A stretch of DNA of 64,000 nucleotides, taken from assembly GCA_965223845.1 (NCBI GenBank), contig CBDCXR010000004.1, forward strand, positions 1,824,001-1,888,000. The letters are read 5' to 3'. Position 1 is the first letter of the stretch, and each line of letters opens with the position of its first letter. The notes under the pieces are model-generated. The model had not been told where the DNA came from and made no database searches. It was given only the letters and a program-made list of their open reading frames with translations. Positions 26,739 through 37,300 of the stretch are shown here, one piece after another. The translations under genes and the position numbers were made by a program. This DNA is from Planctomycetota bacterium. Its GTDB lineage: Bacteria > Planctomycetota > UBA8108 > SXIK01.

Positions 26739-29700
26739 CTACGGAAGCTGTGTTTCGAGGTCCAATCGAACACCCCGAGTCACGTTCGCGTCTTCGAGCT
26801 CGAGATACTCTCCGCCCTCCTGCGCTCGGCGCACGGCGACGGAGAATCGACCCGCCGGCAATTCTCGGAGTACAAACGATCCGCCGGCGCCCGTTCGCGT
26901 TCGGAATTGTTCGTGCTTCGCCGCGAATTTCGGTCGAAGCAAGATCTCGACCCCGTCCTCTGGTTCGCCGCCGGAATCGCTCAGCGTTCCCGTGAGCTCG
27001 ATCCCTCTGCGATCGTTCCCGATCGTCAGGTGGGATCTTTGAGACGCGGTAACCGATACCCGCTCCCGAATGCGCGTTTCGGTTCGAGCGCGGACTCGCG
27101 GACCGACGGTCCACTCGACAAAAAACGCCCCGGGGGAGAGATCATTCCAGCTGAACCGACCCTCGGCGTCCGTGATCGTGTCCTCGCTCCATGCCTCTCT
27201 CGGATACTCAGCGACGCGATCCTCGTCATGAAGACGAATCAATCGGACGGTTCGCCCGGTAGCGGGCTTGCCGTCCTCAACGAGGATTCCTTCGATGACC
27301 TCTCCGGGCGAGAGTGCGACCGAGAGTTCGCCGGCATCGCCGCGTAGCTCCGGCCACTGCTTGCTCGAGAGCGCGACGCGTTGATAGCCCGGCGCCCGGA
27401 CGAGGAGAGTTCCTTCGTTCTTCGCGGTGAATTGAAACGCGCCATCCGCGGCAGTGACGATCTTCTCCACTCCGCGCATCCGCGAGAGCGTTCGTTCATT
27501 CCACACGTCTGAATGACCCGTTTTGCTGCTCAGATAAACGAGAGCGTTCGGAATCGGATCTCCGGAACTCGCGTCGAAGACGTAGCCTTCGAGTTTCGTG
27601 CCTCGTTTCAATCGAATGAGATGCTGCGGCGCCGCATCCGCTCGTGCGGGATGAACGCCGGTGAGTTCGGCCTTCGCGTACCCGTCCGCCTCGACAGCGA
27701 AGCTGAACGGCACCGGGGTGCCGGATCGGTAGAGGTTCTCGAGAACAAACCGACCGTCGGGAACCGAGAACGATTCGCCGACGACTCCACGGCGCGAGCT
27801 GTAATTCGTTCCGCCCGTGATGCGAACGCGAAACTGGTTCACGGGTTCATCGCTCGCATCGTCGACGACGCGGCCCCGGACGATCCCGGGCCGATAGAGA
27901 ACGACCGAGAGCTCCTCCTCAGTGCTCGGATTCGCCTTGCTCCAGTCAGAGTATCCGCGTGCACTCACACGAATTCTTCGCAGCCGGCGCGCCACGTCCC
28001 GGAGCGAGAACCTGCCCGGTGCATCGGTCACGGTTCGGTGGGGCACGCCGGGAAGCAGAAGCGAGACGCTGTAGGGCGTTCCGACCGAGATCGCTTCGAC
28101 ACGAGCACCCTCTACCGGGATCCCTTCCTCGTCGGTAACGGTTCCGGAGAATTCACGCGACTCACTCAGCGTGAAGTCCATCTTCGTCGGTTCGTCCGGC
28201 GTTCCCACCTTCACGTTGGGACGGATCTGTGGGGCCCAGCCGTCGGCGTAGGCGACAAGGAGGATCTCGGGAGCACGGTTCGTAAACTCGAGACGATAGG
28301 CTCCGCTACCACTCGTTTGCGCGTATTCGCTCCACGTTTCGCCGCCGAAGGACATCGTACCGTCGTTGTAGCCGACGAGAGCTCCAGCGACGGGTCGGCC
28401 ATCTGGATCGAACACGGTCCCTTCGATCGCCCGTACGCTGCGAGAGAGCGCTTCGATGACGATCCGCGACGACCATCTACCGACTTGGTCTGAGTTCGGT
28501 CGCAAATCGCCGACGGAGACGACGGTGTAGCCCTCCTTGGATATGCGGAACTTCGGTTCTCGGCGGCGGAAGGTGCTATCACGCCAGACGACCGCTTCGC
28601 CGTTCGCATCGGTGAGTGCGACGAACCTGCGCCCGTAGGAGGCGTAGCCACCGCGCTCTTGTTCCGGCGACTCGACCTCGACGTCCGCGATGGCGTGCCC
28701 GTCGGTGTCGACGACGCGAACAACGACCTCCAGCGCCGGATTGAGCTGGACGTCGCACTCGGTTCTTCCTCGTTCGGTCACGTGGAGCGCGACCTCACGC
28801 CGTGCGTAACTCTCCGCCCAAACAGCGAGCCGCGTCTCGCCCGCGCCGTTTCGCGCGAGGGAATAGACGCCGTCCTGACCCGAACGTGCACTGGACTCGG
28901 GAGTTCCCGAAGATGACTCGATCAGCGCGTTCTCGATCGGAGCCCCGGTCGTCGCGTCCGTGACGCGTCCCGATACGATGTACGCCGGATCGAGACGGAT
29001 CACGATGGGAGCCGAGGACTGCGGCCGGGTGAGGTCGACGTCGGTTGTCGCCTGGACCGCGAGCGCGTGAGCGACGACTACGCGAACGGAATCCCAGGAA
29101 TTGGGATACTCTAGGCGGGCCACGCCGCGCTCGTTCGTCGTACTCGGGGGAAGAGTGCTCGCGCGCTCGACGGCGCGCGTTCCCTCAGCGCCGGCCTGCC
29201 TGCTCTGGCGGTAAGAATCGATCCGAGCGTCCGCCACGGGTTCGCCGGATTCCGACCACACCACTCGTATCGGCAGCGCGATTTCTTCCCGCGCGTCGTC
29301 CGTTGGAAGCGCGTCGCCGGCCCCGAGGGGTGCGTCTCGGGGTTCAGGCGGCAGGTCGACGACAGCCGCGACCGATCCGGCTGGCACGGGAGCGGTCCCA
29401 TCGTCACCTTCCGTCCACACGCTGACCAGAACCGCGAGCGATGTGGCGGCGACTCCAATCACCGCAAGGGCCCCGACGGCACGCGAGAAACCACCTCCGG
29501 AAGTCGGCGCTGCCCCAGGTGAGCGCGAGAGCTCGGGCGTCGACAGTCCGGAGATCGCGATCTTTCCGAGCTTAGTGGTTAGTGAGCTCGGAACCGTCGC
29601 GAACGCGTTCTTCGTCAGCAGAGACGCGAACACAGCCGCACCGATCGGCACGCCGGCGGATCGCAGTCGAGCGCGAATGCGCTCGACCGCCTTCGCTCCG

Positions 29701-30170
29701 CGATAGCTGACGGTGCGGTGACTCAACCCGAGCGAACGGGCGATCGCCGCGATGGTCTCTTGCTCCAAATAATGCCTGACGACGACTTCACGCTGGTCGG
29801 TCGGGAGAGAGTCGATCGCCTCGTCGACGAGCGACTGGATGTCATCCCACGATACCTCGTCGATCGGAGGAGGGGGGGAGAGCGCGACTTCCCGTTCGCG
29901 GCGGCGCGATTCTCGCTTGACGAGATCGAGCGAGCAGCGGGTCGCAACGCGGTGAAGCCAGCCGGCGAGCGATGTTCGCACGCTCGTGCTTCTCTGCGCG
30001 AGCTTGAGAAAACACTCCTGCGTCGCGTCCTCAGCGTCGGCGTCGTTCCGGAGAATTCGTCGACAGGTTCCGTGCACCATGCCGGCATGCCGTTTGAGGA
30101 TTTCCGCAAACGCATCCGGGTCCCGGTTCGCGCGCCAGGCGTCGAGGAGAAGATCGTCGGAAGATGCCAT
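26739..30170 (-). CDS. Second membrane-anchored ECF sigma-70 factor with CarboxypepD_reg-like repeats
   Basis: AFAEILKRHAGMVHGTCRRILRNDADAEDATQECFLKLA...LAGWLHRVA; LPTDQREVVVRHYLEQETIAAIARSLG; TM AVGALAVIGVAATSLAVLVSVW; repeated G.V.D..G.P..GA.V units. Confidence 0.92.
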   Translation of the reverse strand: MASSDDLLLDAWRANRDPDAFAEILKRHAGMVHGTCRRILRNDADAEDATQECFLKLAQRSTSVRTSLAGWLHRVATRCSLDLVKRESRRREREVALSPPPPIDEVSWDDIQSLVDEAIDSLPTDQREVVVRHYLEQETIAAIARSLGLSHRTVSYRGAKAVERIRARLRSAGVPIGAAVFASLLTKNAFATVPSSLTTKLGKIAISGLSTPELSRSPGAAPTSGGGFSRAVGALAVIGVAATSLAVLVSVWTEGDDGTAPVPAGSVAAVVDLPPEPRDAPLGAGDALPTDDAREEIALPIRVVWSESGEPVADARIDSYRQSRQAGAEGTRAVERASTLPPSTTNERGVARLEYPNSWDSVRVVVAHALAVQATTDVDLTRPQSSAPIVIRLDPAYIVSGRVTDATTGAPIENALIESSSGTPESSARSGQDGVYSLARNGAGETRLAVWAESYARREVALHVTERGRTECDVQLNPALEVVVRVVDTDGHAIADVEVESPEQERGGYASYGRRFVALTDANGEAVVWRDSTFRRREPKFRISKEGYTVVSVGDLRPNSDQVGRWSSRIVIEALSRSVRAIEGTVFDPDGRPVAGALVGYNDGTMSFGGETWSEYAQTSGSGAYRLEFTNRAPEILLVAYADGWAPQIRPNVKVGTPDEPTKMDFTLSESREFSGTVTDEEGIPVEGARVEAISVGTPYSVSLLLPGVPHRTVTDAPGRFSLRDVARRLRRIRVSARGYSDWSKANPSTEEELSVVLYRPGIVRGRVVDDASDEPVNQFRVRITGGTNYSSRRGVVGESFSVPDGRFVLENLYRSGTPVPFSFAVEADGYAKAELTGVHPARADAAPQHLIRLKRGTKLEGYVFDASSGDPIPNALVYLSSKTGHSDVWNERTLSRMRGVEKIVTAADGAFQFTAKNEGTLLVRAPGYQRVALSSKQWPELRGDAGELSVALSPGEVIEGILVEDGKPATGRTVRLIRLHDEDRVAEYPREAWSEDTITDAEGRFSWNDLSPGAFFVEWTVGPRVRARTETRIRERVSVTASQRSHLTIGNDRRGIELTGTLSDSGGEPEDGVEILLRPKFAAKHEQFRTRTGAGGSFVLRELPAGRFSVAVRRAQEGGEYLELEDANVTRGVRLDLETQLP

Positions 30171-30250
30171 ATTCGCGTTGTCGCCCTCGTCGGCTGCTCA
30201 GTCGAAGTTGCGTCGGTCGGGCAGGCGCGCCGCGCGCTCGCTCCTACGAA

Positions 30251-30277
30251 GAGACGACGCTCGTTCAGCGAATGAAC
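30251..30277 (-). promoter_or_regulatory. Candidate ECF-type promoter GTTCAT-N15-CGTCTC
   Basis: On the minus strand, 80 bp upstream of the ATG at 30170; resembles the motif at 22363-22390. Confidence 0.4.
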
Positions 30278-30493
30278 AAAGAATTTCGGGCGCGGAACGG
30301 TGACCAGTGGGGTCGCGCGAGTTCGGCGAAGAGTTCGGAACGCGGAGCTGTCGCGGAAAAGCAGGACTCTCCGCTACGATGCGGCCGCCGATGAGCGCTG
30401 GAGAAGCCCAGTCACCGAGACTGGGATTCACGACGGACGGCGCGTCTCAGCGAAAGTGATCCAAACCCCTGAACCATTCACCGGAACGGGCGC

Positions 30494-30889
30494 ATGAGAA
30501 TTCGACTCGAGAGCGTGTTCATTTCCGACATCGACAAAGCATTGTCGTTTTACACCGAAGTGCTCGGCTTCGTTAAGAAGCGGGACATTCCGATGGGCGA
30601 CACGCGATTCGTTACGGTCGTTTCGCCCGAAGAGCCCGATGCCGCGGAGTTGATCCTCGAGCCGAACGGCGAGCATCCTCCGACCAAAGCGTTCAAACGA
30701 GCGCTCTACGACGAAGGAATCCCGCTGACCGCCTTCGCGGTCGACGACATCGCCGAGGAGTATGCGCGACTGACGAATCTCGAGGTCGAATTCCGCACGA
30801 CGCCCAAACGGTACGGAGAGGAGACCGTGGCCACCTTCGACGATACGTGCGGGAATCTCATCATGATCTACCAAACCCACGCGGAATGA
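30494..30889 (+). CDS. VOC/glyoxalase/bleomycin-resistance family protein
   Basis: SVFISDIDKALSFYTEVLGF...FAVDDIAEEYARL...ATFDDTCGNLIMI. Confidence 0.93.
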   Translation: MRIRLESVFISDIDKALSFYTEVLGFVKKRDIPMGDTRFVTVVSPEEPDAAELILEPNGEHPPTKAFKRALYDEGIPLTAFAVDDIAEEYARLTNLEVEFRTTPKRYGEETVATFDDTCGNLIMIYQTHAE

Positions 30890-31258
30890 CGGCGCCCGCT
30901 CGCGTTTGGGTTCGCGATCGTTGCGGTCTTCGGCTCGAGACGCGCTAGAACCGCCGCGAACGTGGACGAAGTTTCTCTGCATCCAATTTCTTGGAATCGG
31001 ATTTCGCCACGTGTTCCCGCAGGAGCGTGGCGGCCCGCGGTCGCTCTCGCTGGATGCGGTCGAGCTCGAATCCGGCGGTGTTACCTGAGGCGTAGATCGA
31101 CGATCTCTCGGCGGCAGAGGAACGCAGTCACGTGGAGCGGTGTGTTGCCGTCCCGATTCGTCACCGCGACGCGCGTGCCGCTTGCAAAATCGAACGATCA
31201 TGCGACGCAAGCCGCTCCTACCCGGCGCTTCGGGGCATCGCCCGCTCGACGGCGCTCG

Positions 31259-31267
31259 TGCTACAAT
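31259..31267 (+). promoter_or_regulatory. Candidate extended -10 promoter element TGCTACAAT
   Basis: TGnTACAAT about 60 bp upstream of the RBS (GGAGGG) and ATG at 31330. Confidence 0.4.
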
Positions 31268-31329
31268 GTCGGCCACTCGTCAAGTGAGGGTTTATCGCCG
31301 CGGCATCGCGCAGGTTGGAGGGTTTGGCT

Positions 31330-34300
31330 ATGCATAGAGGAGCGGTTGTGTCCCGAGATCCGTCTCGAGACCGGATTCTTGTGGTTCGGGCAGTTGGCAT
31401 CGCGCTCGCGTGCGTACTCGCCCGTCCGGTGGTTGCGGATCCGACGCTCGGATCCTGGGGAGCGGTGCAAGCGCTCCCATGGCGTCCCGTACACTCGGTA
31501 CTTCTCCCCACCGGCAAGGTCCTCATCTACGCGAACACGGACGTCTACACCTGGGATCCCGTGAGCGAAACGCTCACGGACACGAACGATCACGGGTACA
31601 ACGCGTTCTGCGGCGGACATACGCTGCTCGCCGATGGCCGCGTCTTTTTCACGGGCGGGCACATCCCCGGCTGTAACGGTCTGCCCAACGCGACCTACTA
31701 CGATCCGTGGACCGACACCTTCACGCCGGTACCGAACATGGCGGGAGGACGCTGGTATCCATCCATGGTCACTCTCGGGAACGGTGACGTGGTGACGATG
31801 TCGGGCAAGCTCGAAGACGGCAGCAAGAACCTGATTCCGGAAGTGTGGGAGGTCGATGCCGGCGCTTGGCGCCCGCTCACGACGGCGTCCCTCAATCTGC
31901 CGCTTTTCCCCGCGGCGTTTCTCGCGCCGAACGGCCAGGTCTTTCTGGCTACGAGCACGTCGCGATTCCTCGATACCTCGGGAACGGGAACCTGGACGAC
32001 CGGGCCCACACGGCTGCACAGCGGGCGCGACAACTACGGTTCTGCCTGTCTCTACGATGTCGGGAAGGTGCTCTTTGCCGGCGGGGCCGACGCGCCGACC
32101 GCGACGTGCGAGGTGATCGACCTCAACGCCCCGACGCCGACGTGGACCGCCGTCGCGTCGATGCCGCAAGTTCGCCGCCAACACGACGTCACGATTCTCC
32201 CGGACGGACGAGTCCTCGTCATCGGCGGGAGCAGCGCATCCGGATTCAATACGGAGGACGGTCCGAAACCGGCGATCGTTTGGGATCCCGCGAGCGATGC
32301 GTGGACCACGTGGGCGATGGAAGCCGAGTACCGCGGATACCACTCCGAAGTCGTTCTTCTTCCGGACGCTCGCGTGGCGAGCATCGGAGGCGACGGCCAC
32401 CCGTCGCTTCAGGTGTTCTCTCCGCCGTATCTCTTTCAAGGGCCGCGCCCGACGATCAGTTCGGCGCCCGTGAGTGTTGCGCTCGGAGGCACGTTCTTCG
32501 TCGAGACGCCCGACGCGGCGGCGATCGGAGCGGTGAACTGGCTCCGTCCCACCGCGGCGACGCACACGCAGAACATGAATCAGCGAATCAATAAGCTCGT
32601 GTTTCAGCCCGCGCCCGGCGGTCTCAACGTCACCGTCCCCGCGAGCGCGAATGAGTGTCCTCCCGGCGACTACATGCTCTTTCTCATCGACACCAACGGC
32701 GTTCCGTCCGTCGCCGCCTGGATCGTCGCGACCGAAGCGACGGCACAACAACCCCCGCCAACCCCGACCGGGCTCGCGGCCACCGCCGGTGACGCTCAGG
32801 CGATCCTCAGCTGGAACGCCGCAACCGACGCGACGGGGTACAACGTCAAGCGATCGACGACGAGCGGCGGGCCGTACACGATCGTCGCCGCCGGGATCCC
32901 GAGCACGACCTACACCGACACGAATCTCACGAACGGAGTGACGTATTTCTACGTCGTCTCGGCAGTCAACGCCGCCGGCGAGAGCGGTGACTCGAGTGAA
33001 GTGGGTGCGACGCCGAGCTTGCAGCCGCCGGGCGCTCCGACCGATCTCGAAGCGATCGGAAACAACGGCCAGGTCGATCTCGTTTGGAGCGCTCCCACGG
33101 GAACCGTCGATTCCTACAACGTCAAACGAGCGACGACAAGCGGGGGGCCGTACGGAGCGATCGCGTCAGGGGTGGGCACGACTTCGTACGCGGACACCAC
33201 GGTGTCGAACGGCGTGACGTATTTTTACGTCGTCTCGGCGGAGAACACGGCGGGAGAGAGTCCAGACTCGACGGAGGACGACGCCACGCCGAATGCGCCG
33301 CCCACGCCGCCCGCGAATCTCTCGGCCTCACCCGGGAGCACGCAGGTTTTGCTCACCTGGAACGTCTCGCCGCTCGCCGACAGCTACAACGTCTACCGCG
33401 CGACAACTCCTGGAGGGCCTTATTCCGGCATCGCGTTCACGTGGCCGGACACGACGTTTCTCGACACTGGTCTCAGCGATGGGACGCCTTATTTCTACGT
33501 CGTCACCGGTGTCAACGACGCGGGAGAGAGCGAGTTTTCGACCGAAGCTGCCGCCACCCCGTCGGGCGCGACCGCGAAGCTTGCCTCCGGCGTCGTGAGC
33601 GGCGTCGGAAGTGACTGGCAGACCGTCACGCTCGCTCGTTCGTATGATTCGATGGTCGTCGTCGCATCGCCGAACTACGGAGCGGGAGATCTACCGGCCG
33701 TCGCGAGAGTACGCAACGCAGCGGGGAGTCAGTTCGACGTAAAGGTGCAAAATCCTTCCGGCGCCGCACTCTCGGGCTACACCGTTCATTACGTTGCGAT
33801 CGAAGAGGGCGTCTATACTGCCGCGGTCGACGGCGTCACGATGGAGGCCGTGAAGCTCACCTCGACGATCACGGACCGAAACGGCTCGTGGGTGGGGGAG
33901 AACGCGGTTTACCAAAACGGTTACCTCAGCCCTGTCGTTCTCGGGCAAGTGATGACCGAGGCCGATGTCGACTGGTCGGTCTTTTGGGCGTCGGACGGAA
34001 ACGCGGGCAATCCGCCGACGGCTGCGAGTTTCCGCGTCGGCAAGCACGTCGGTGAAGACTCGGACACCGACCGCGCAAACGAGACGCTCGGCGTGTTGGT
34101 CCTCGAAGCGGGAAGTGGCGTCGTGGAGGGGATTCCATTCGTCGCCGCCCTCGGTGCGGACAGCATTCTCGGCTACGACGACAGTCCCCCGTACTCTTAC
34201 GCGCACGGCGGACCGAGTGATGCTCGCGCGGCGGTCGTCAGCTCGGCCGGAATGGACGGCTCGAACGGAGGATTTCCGATCCTCTACGGAAGTCCGGCTT

Positions 34301-37300
34301 TGACGTCGTCGTCGCTCGATCTCGCGATCGACGAGGATCAGATCCGTGATTCCGAGCGCGTTCACATCTCCGAGCAGGTCGCGTATCTCGTCCTCGGCGA
34401 GCAAACCCTGCCGCCCGGGATCCCGTCGAATCTATCGGCTGTCGGCGGAACGAACCGCATCGACCTGACCTGGAGCAGCGCCGAACGCGCGGACGGCTAC
34501 AACGTCAAGCGGGGAACGACGCCCGGCGGACCGTACACGACGATCGCCTCGGGGATCACCTCGAACTCGTTTGCGGACACGGGACTCGCCGGCGGGGCGA
34601 CGTTCTACTACGTCGTCAGCGCGGTGAACACCGCCGGAGAAAGTGCGGATTCGGGTGAAGCGACTGGGACGACGACGTCGCCGCCGGTCATCCACTCGTT
34701 CGTTGGCACGGCGAATCCGGCACCGGTGTTGAGCGACGTCACGTTCACCCTGTCCGCTTCCGACGCGGATCTCGATCCTCTTCAGTACTCCTTCGATTTC
34801 GGGGACGGTTCTCCGGCGACTGCGTTCTCGCCGTCGACCTCGGCGATGCACAGCTACCCGGCGCCGGGCCGGTACACGGTGACGGGATACGTCACGGATG
34901 CAACGTCGACGGTGTTCACCACCCTCGTACAGGTGATTCATCTGCCGCTACCCGCTGCGCGTCCGACCGTCTCCACGCAGATCCTCTACGACGCAGGCCG
35001 CGGCAAGATTTGGAATGTCAATCCCGACAGCGACACGGTCACGCGGACCGGAACGTCGAACCTCACCAAGGACTTCGAGGTTTCCGTCGGGGCAGAGCCG
35101 CGGAGCCTCACCCTCCGGCCGGACGGGAGTGAGATCTGGGTAGCATCTGAGGGCGCCGATCAGCTCTGCGTCCTCGATCCGCAGACTGGCGCGGTGCTCG
35201 CCAAGCTGGCGACGCCACGTGGATCGCGCCCGATGAATGTCGTCTTCTCCCCGAATGGGCTCACTGTGTACGTGACCTACATGGCGAGCGGGGAGCTCGC
35301 CCGCTGGGATCCGGCGGCGCGCACCGAAACGGGCCGGGTGAATCTCGGCTCGACTCCCCGCGCGATTGCGATCTCGTCCGATTCTACCCGGATCTTCGTC
35401 GGAAGATTCGTATCGGGCCCTCTCGAGGGGGAAGTGCGGGAAGTCGACGCCGCGTCGCTCACCGTCACTCGCGCGATTTCGCTGGCGCACGATACCACGC
35501 CCGATTCGGAATCCTCCGGACGCGGAACACCCAATTATCTGATCCAGATGGCGATCACGCCGGACGAACAGCGTCTCTGGATTCCGTCGAAGAAGGACAA
35601 CACCGATCGCGGACTCTTCCGTGACGGCCTCGTGCTCACGCACGACAGCACCGTGCGCTCGATCGTCTCGCAGGTCGATCTCGGAGCGAACTCCGAGGAC
35701 CTCGCGGCTCGCATCGATGTCGACGATCACGAGATCCCCTACGGCGTCGACTTCTCCCCGGTGGGAGATCTCGCGTTCGTCGCCTACCAAGGAAACAACT
35801 CGGTGCGGGTGTTCGATCGGTACGAAGGCACCTCGATCGCGGAGATTTCGCTCGGAGCGGAGCTCGCACCGCAGGGACTCGTCGTCACGCCGGACGGGAG
35901 TCGACTCTTCGTGATGAACTTCATGAGCCGAAGTGTCTCCGCGTTCGACATCGCGGGGCTCGTCAACGGAACGAGAACCGACGCGACCGAGCTCGCCGTC
36001 GTCTCCACGGTCGCGACGGAGCTTCTTCCGCCCGACGTCCTCCTCGGGAAGCAAGTCTTCTACAACGCGGCGGATACCCGGATGACGGCGGCTGGCTACA
36101 TCAGCTGCGCGACGTGCCACCTCGACGGCGGGCAGGACGGTCGAGTGTTCGACTTCACCGACCGCGGCGAAGGCCTCCGCAACACGGTCGACCTGCGCGG
36201 ACGCTCGGGGACTGGTCACGGCAACGTTCACTGGACGGCGAACTTCGACGAGATCCAGGATTTCGAGCACGATATCCGCGGCCCGTTCGCCGGCACGGGA
36301 TTCATCAACGGGCCGGTGAACGCGTCCCTCGGAGCGCCGAACGCCGGACGGAGCGTCGAGCTCGACGCGCTCGCGGCCTACGTCGCCTCGCTCGACTCGG
36401 TCGGGCGAAGTCCGTACCGGATGGAGGACGGCTCGCTGAGCGCGGACGGAGTCGCCGGGCGGCTGATCTTTCAAGATCTCGAGTGCGCTGGATGTCACTC
36501 CGGAACGAACTTCTCCGACAGCAACGTCGCGACGAGCGGCCACGTGCTTCACGACGTCGGTACGATCACGGCCGGATCCGGCGAGCGCCTCGGCGGTCCG
36601 CTGACGGGTCTCGACACGCCGACCCTGCGCGGACTCTGGGACGGCGGGCCTTACCTCCACGACGGCTCCGCGCCGACACTCCTCGACGTGCTGACGACCG
36701 CGAATCCGATCGATCAGCACGGCGCGACGAGCGGGCTGAGCGCGGTCGAGCTCGATCAGCTCGTTGCGTATCTTCTTCAAATCGACGACGCATCCGATGC
36801 CGCCGTTCCCGTGCGGCCGACGAATGTGCAGGCGGTCGGTGGAAACGGTGTCGTGCTCCTCGATTGGGACGACGTCCCGGGCGCCGACAGTTACTCCATC
36901 CGATCGTCGACGGTCTCGGGCGGACCCTACGGACTCGTCGCGTCCGGAATCGTAGACAGCTCGTTTGCGGACTCGTCGGTCGTCAACGGCAATACGTACT
37001 ACTACGTGGTCAGTGCCGACAACGCGGGCGGCCAGGGATTCGACTCGGACGAAGTGAACGCGACGCCGGGAGCGATCTTCGCGAAACTCGCTACTGGGGT
37101 GATCCACGACGTCGGCAGCGACTGGGTGATGGTCGATCTCGGACAGTCCTACTCGTCGATGGTGGTCGTGTGCACGGTCGCCGCGACTCCCGGTCAGCTA
37201 CCCGCGGTGCCGCGCGTTCGAAACGCCTCGGGGAGTCAGTTCGAGCTCAAGGTACAGAACCCATCGGGCGCGGTGCTGAGTGGGTACACCGTCCACTCGG

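Noticed and set aside
30407-30425. CCCAGTC-ACCGA-GACTGGG hairpin upstream of the glyoxalase gene as a riboswitch or ncRNA
   Set aside because: A single 7-bp stem with no recognisable aptamer consensus.
30890-31258. Short ORFs or a gene remnant between the glyoxalase and oxidase genes
   Set aside because: No convincing start, RBS or motif in any frame; treated as intergenic.
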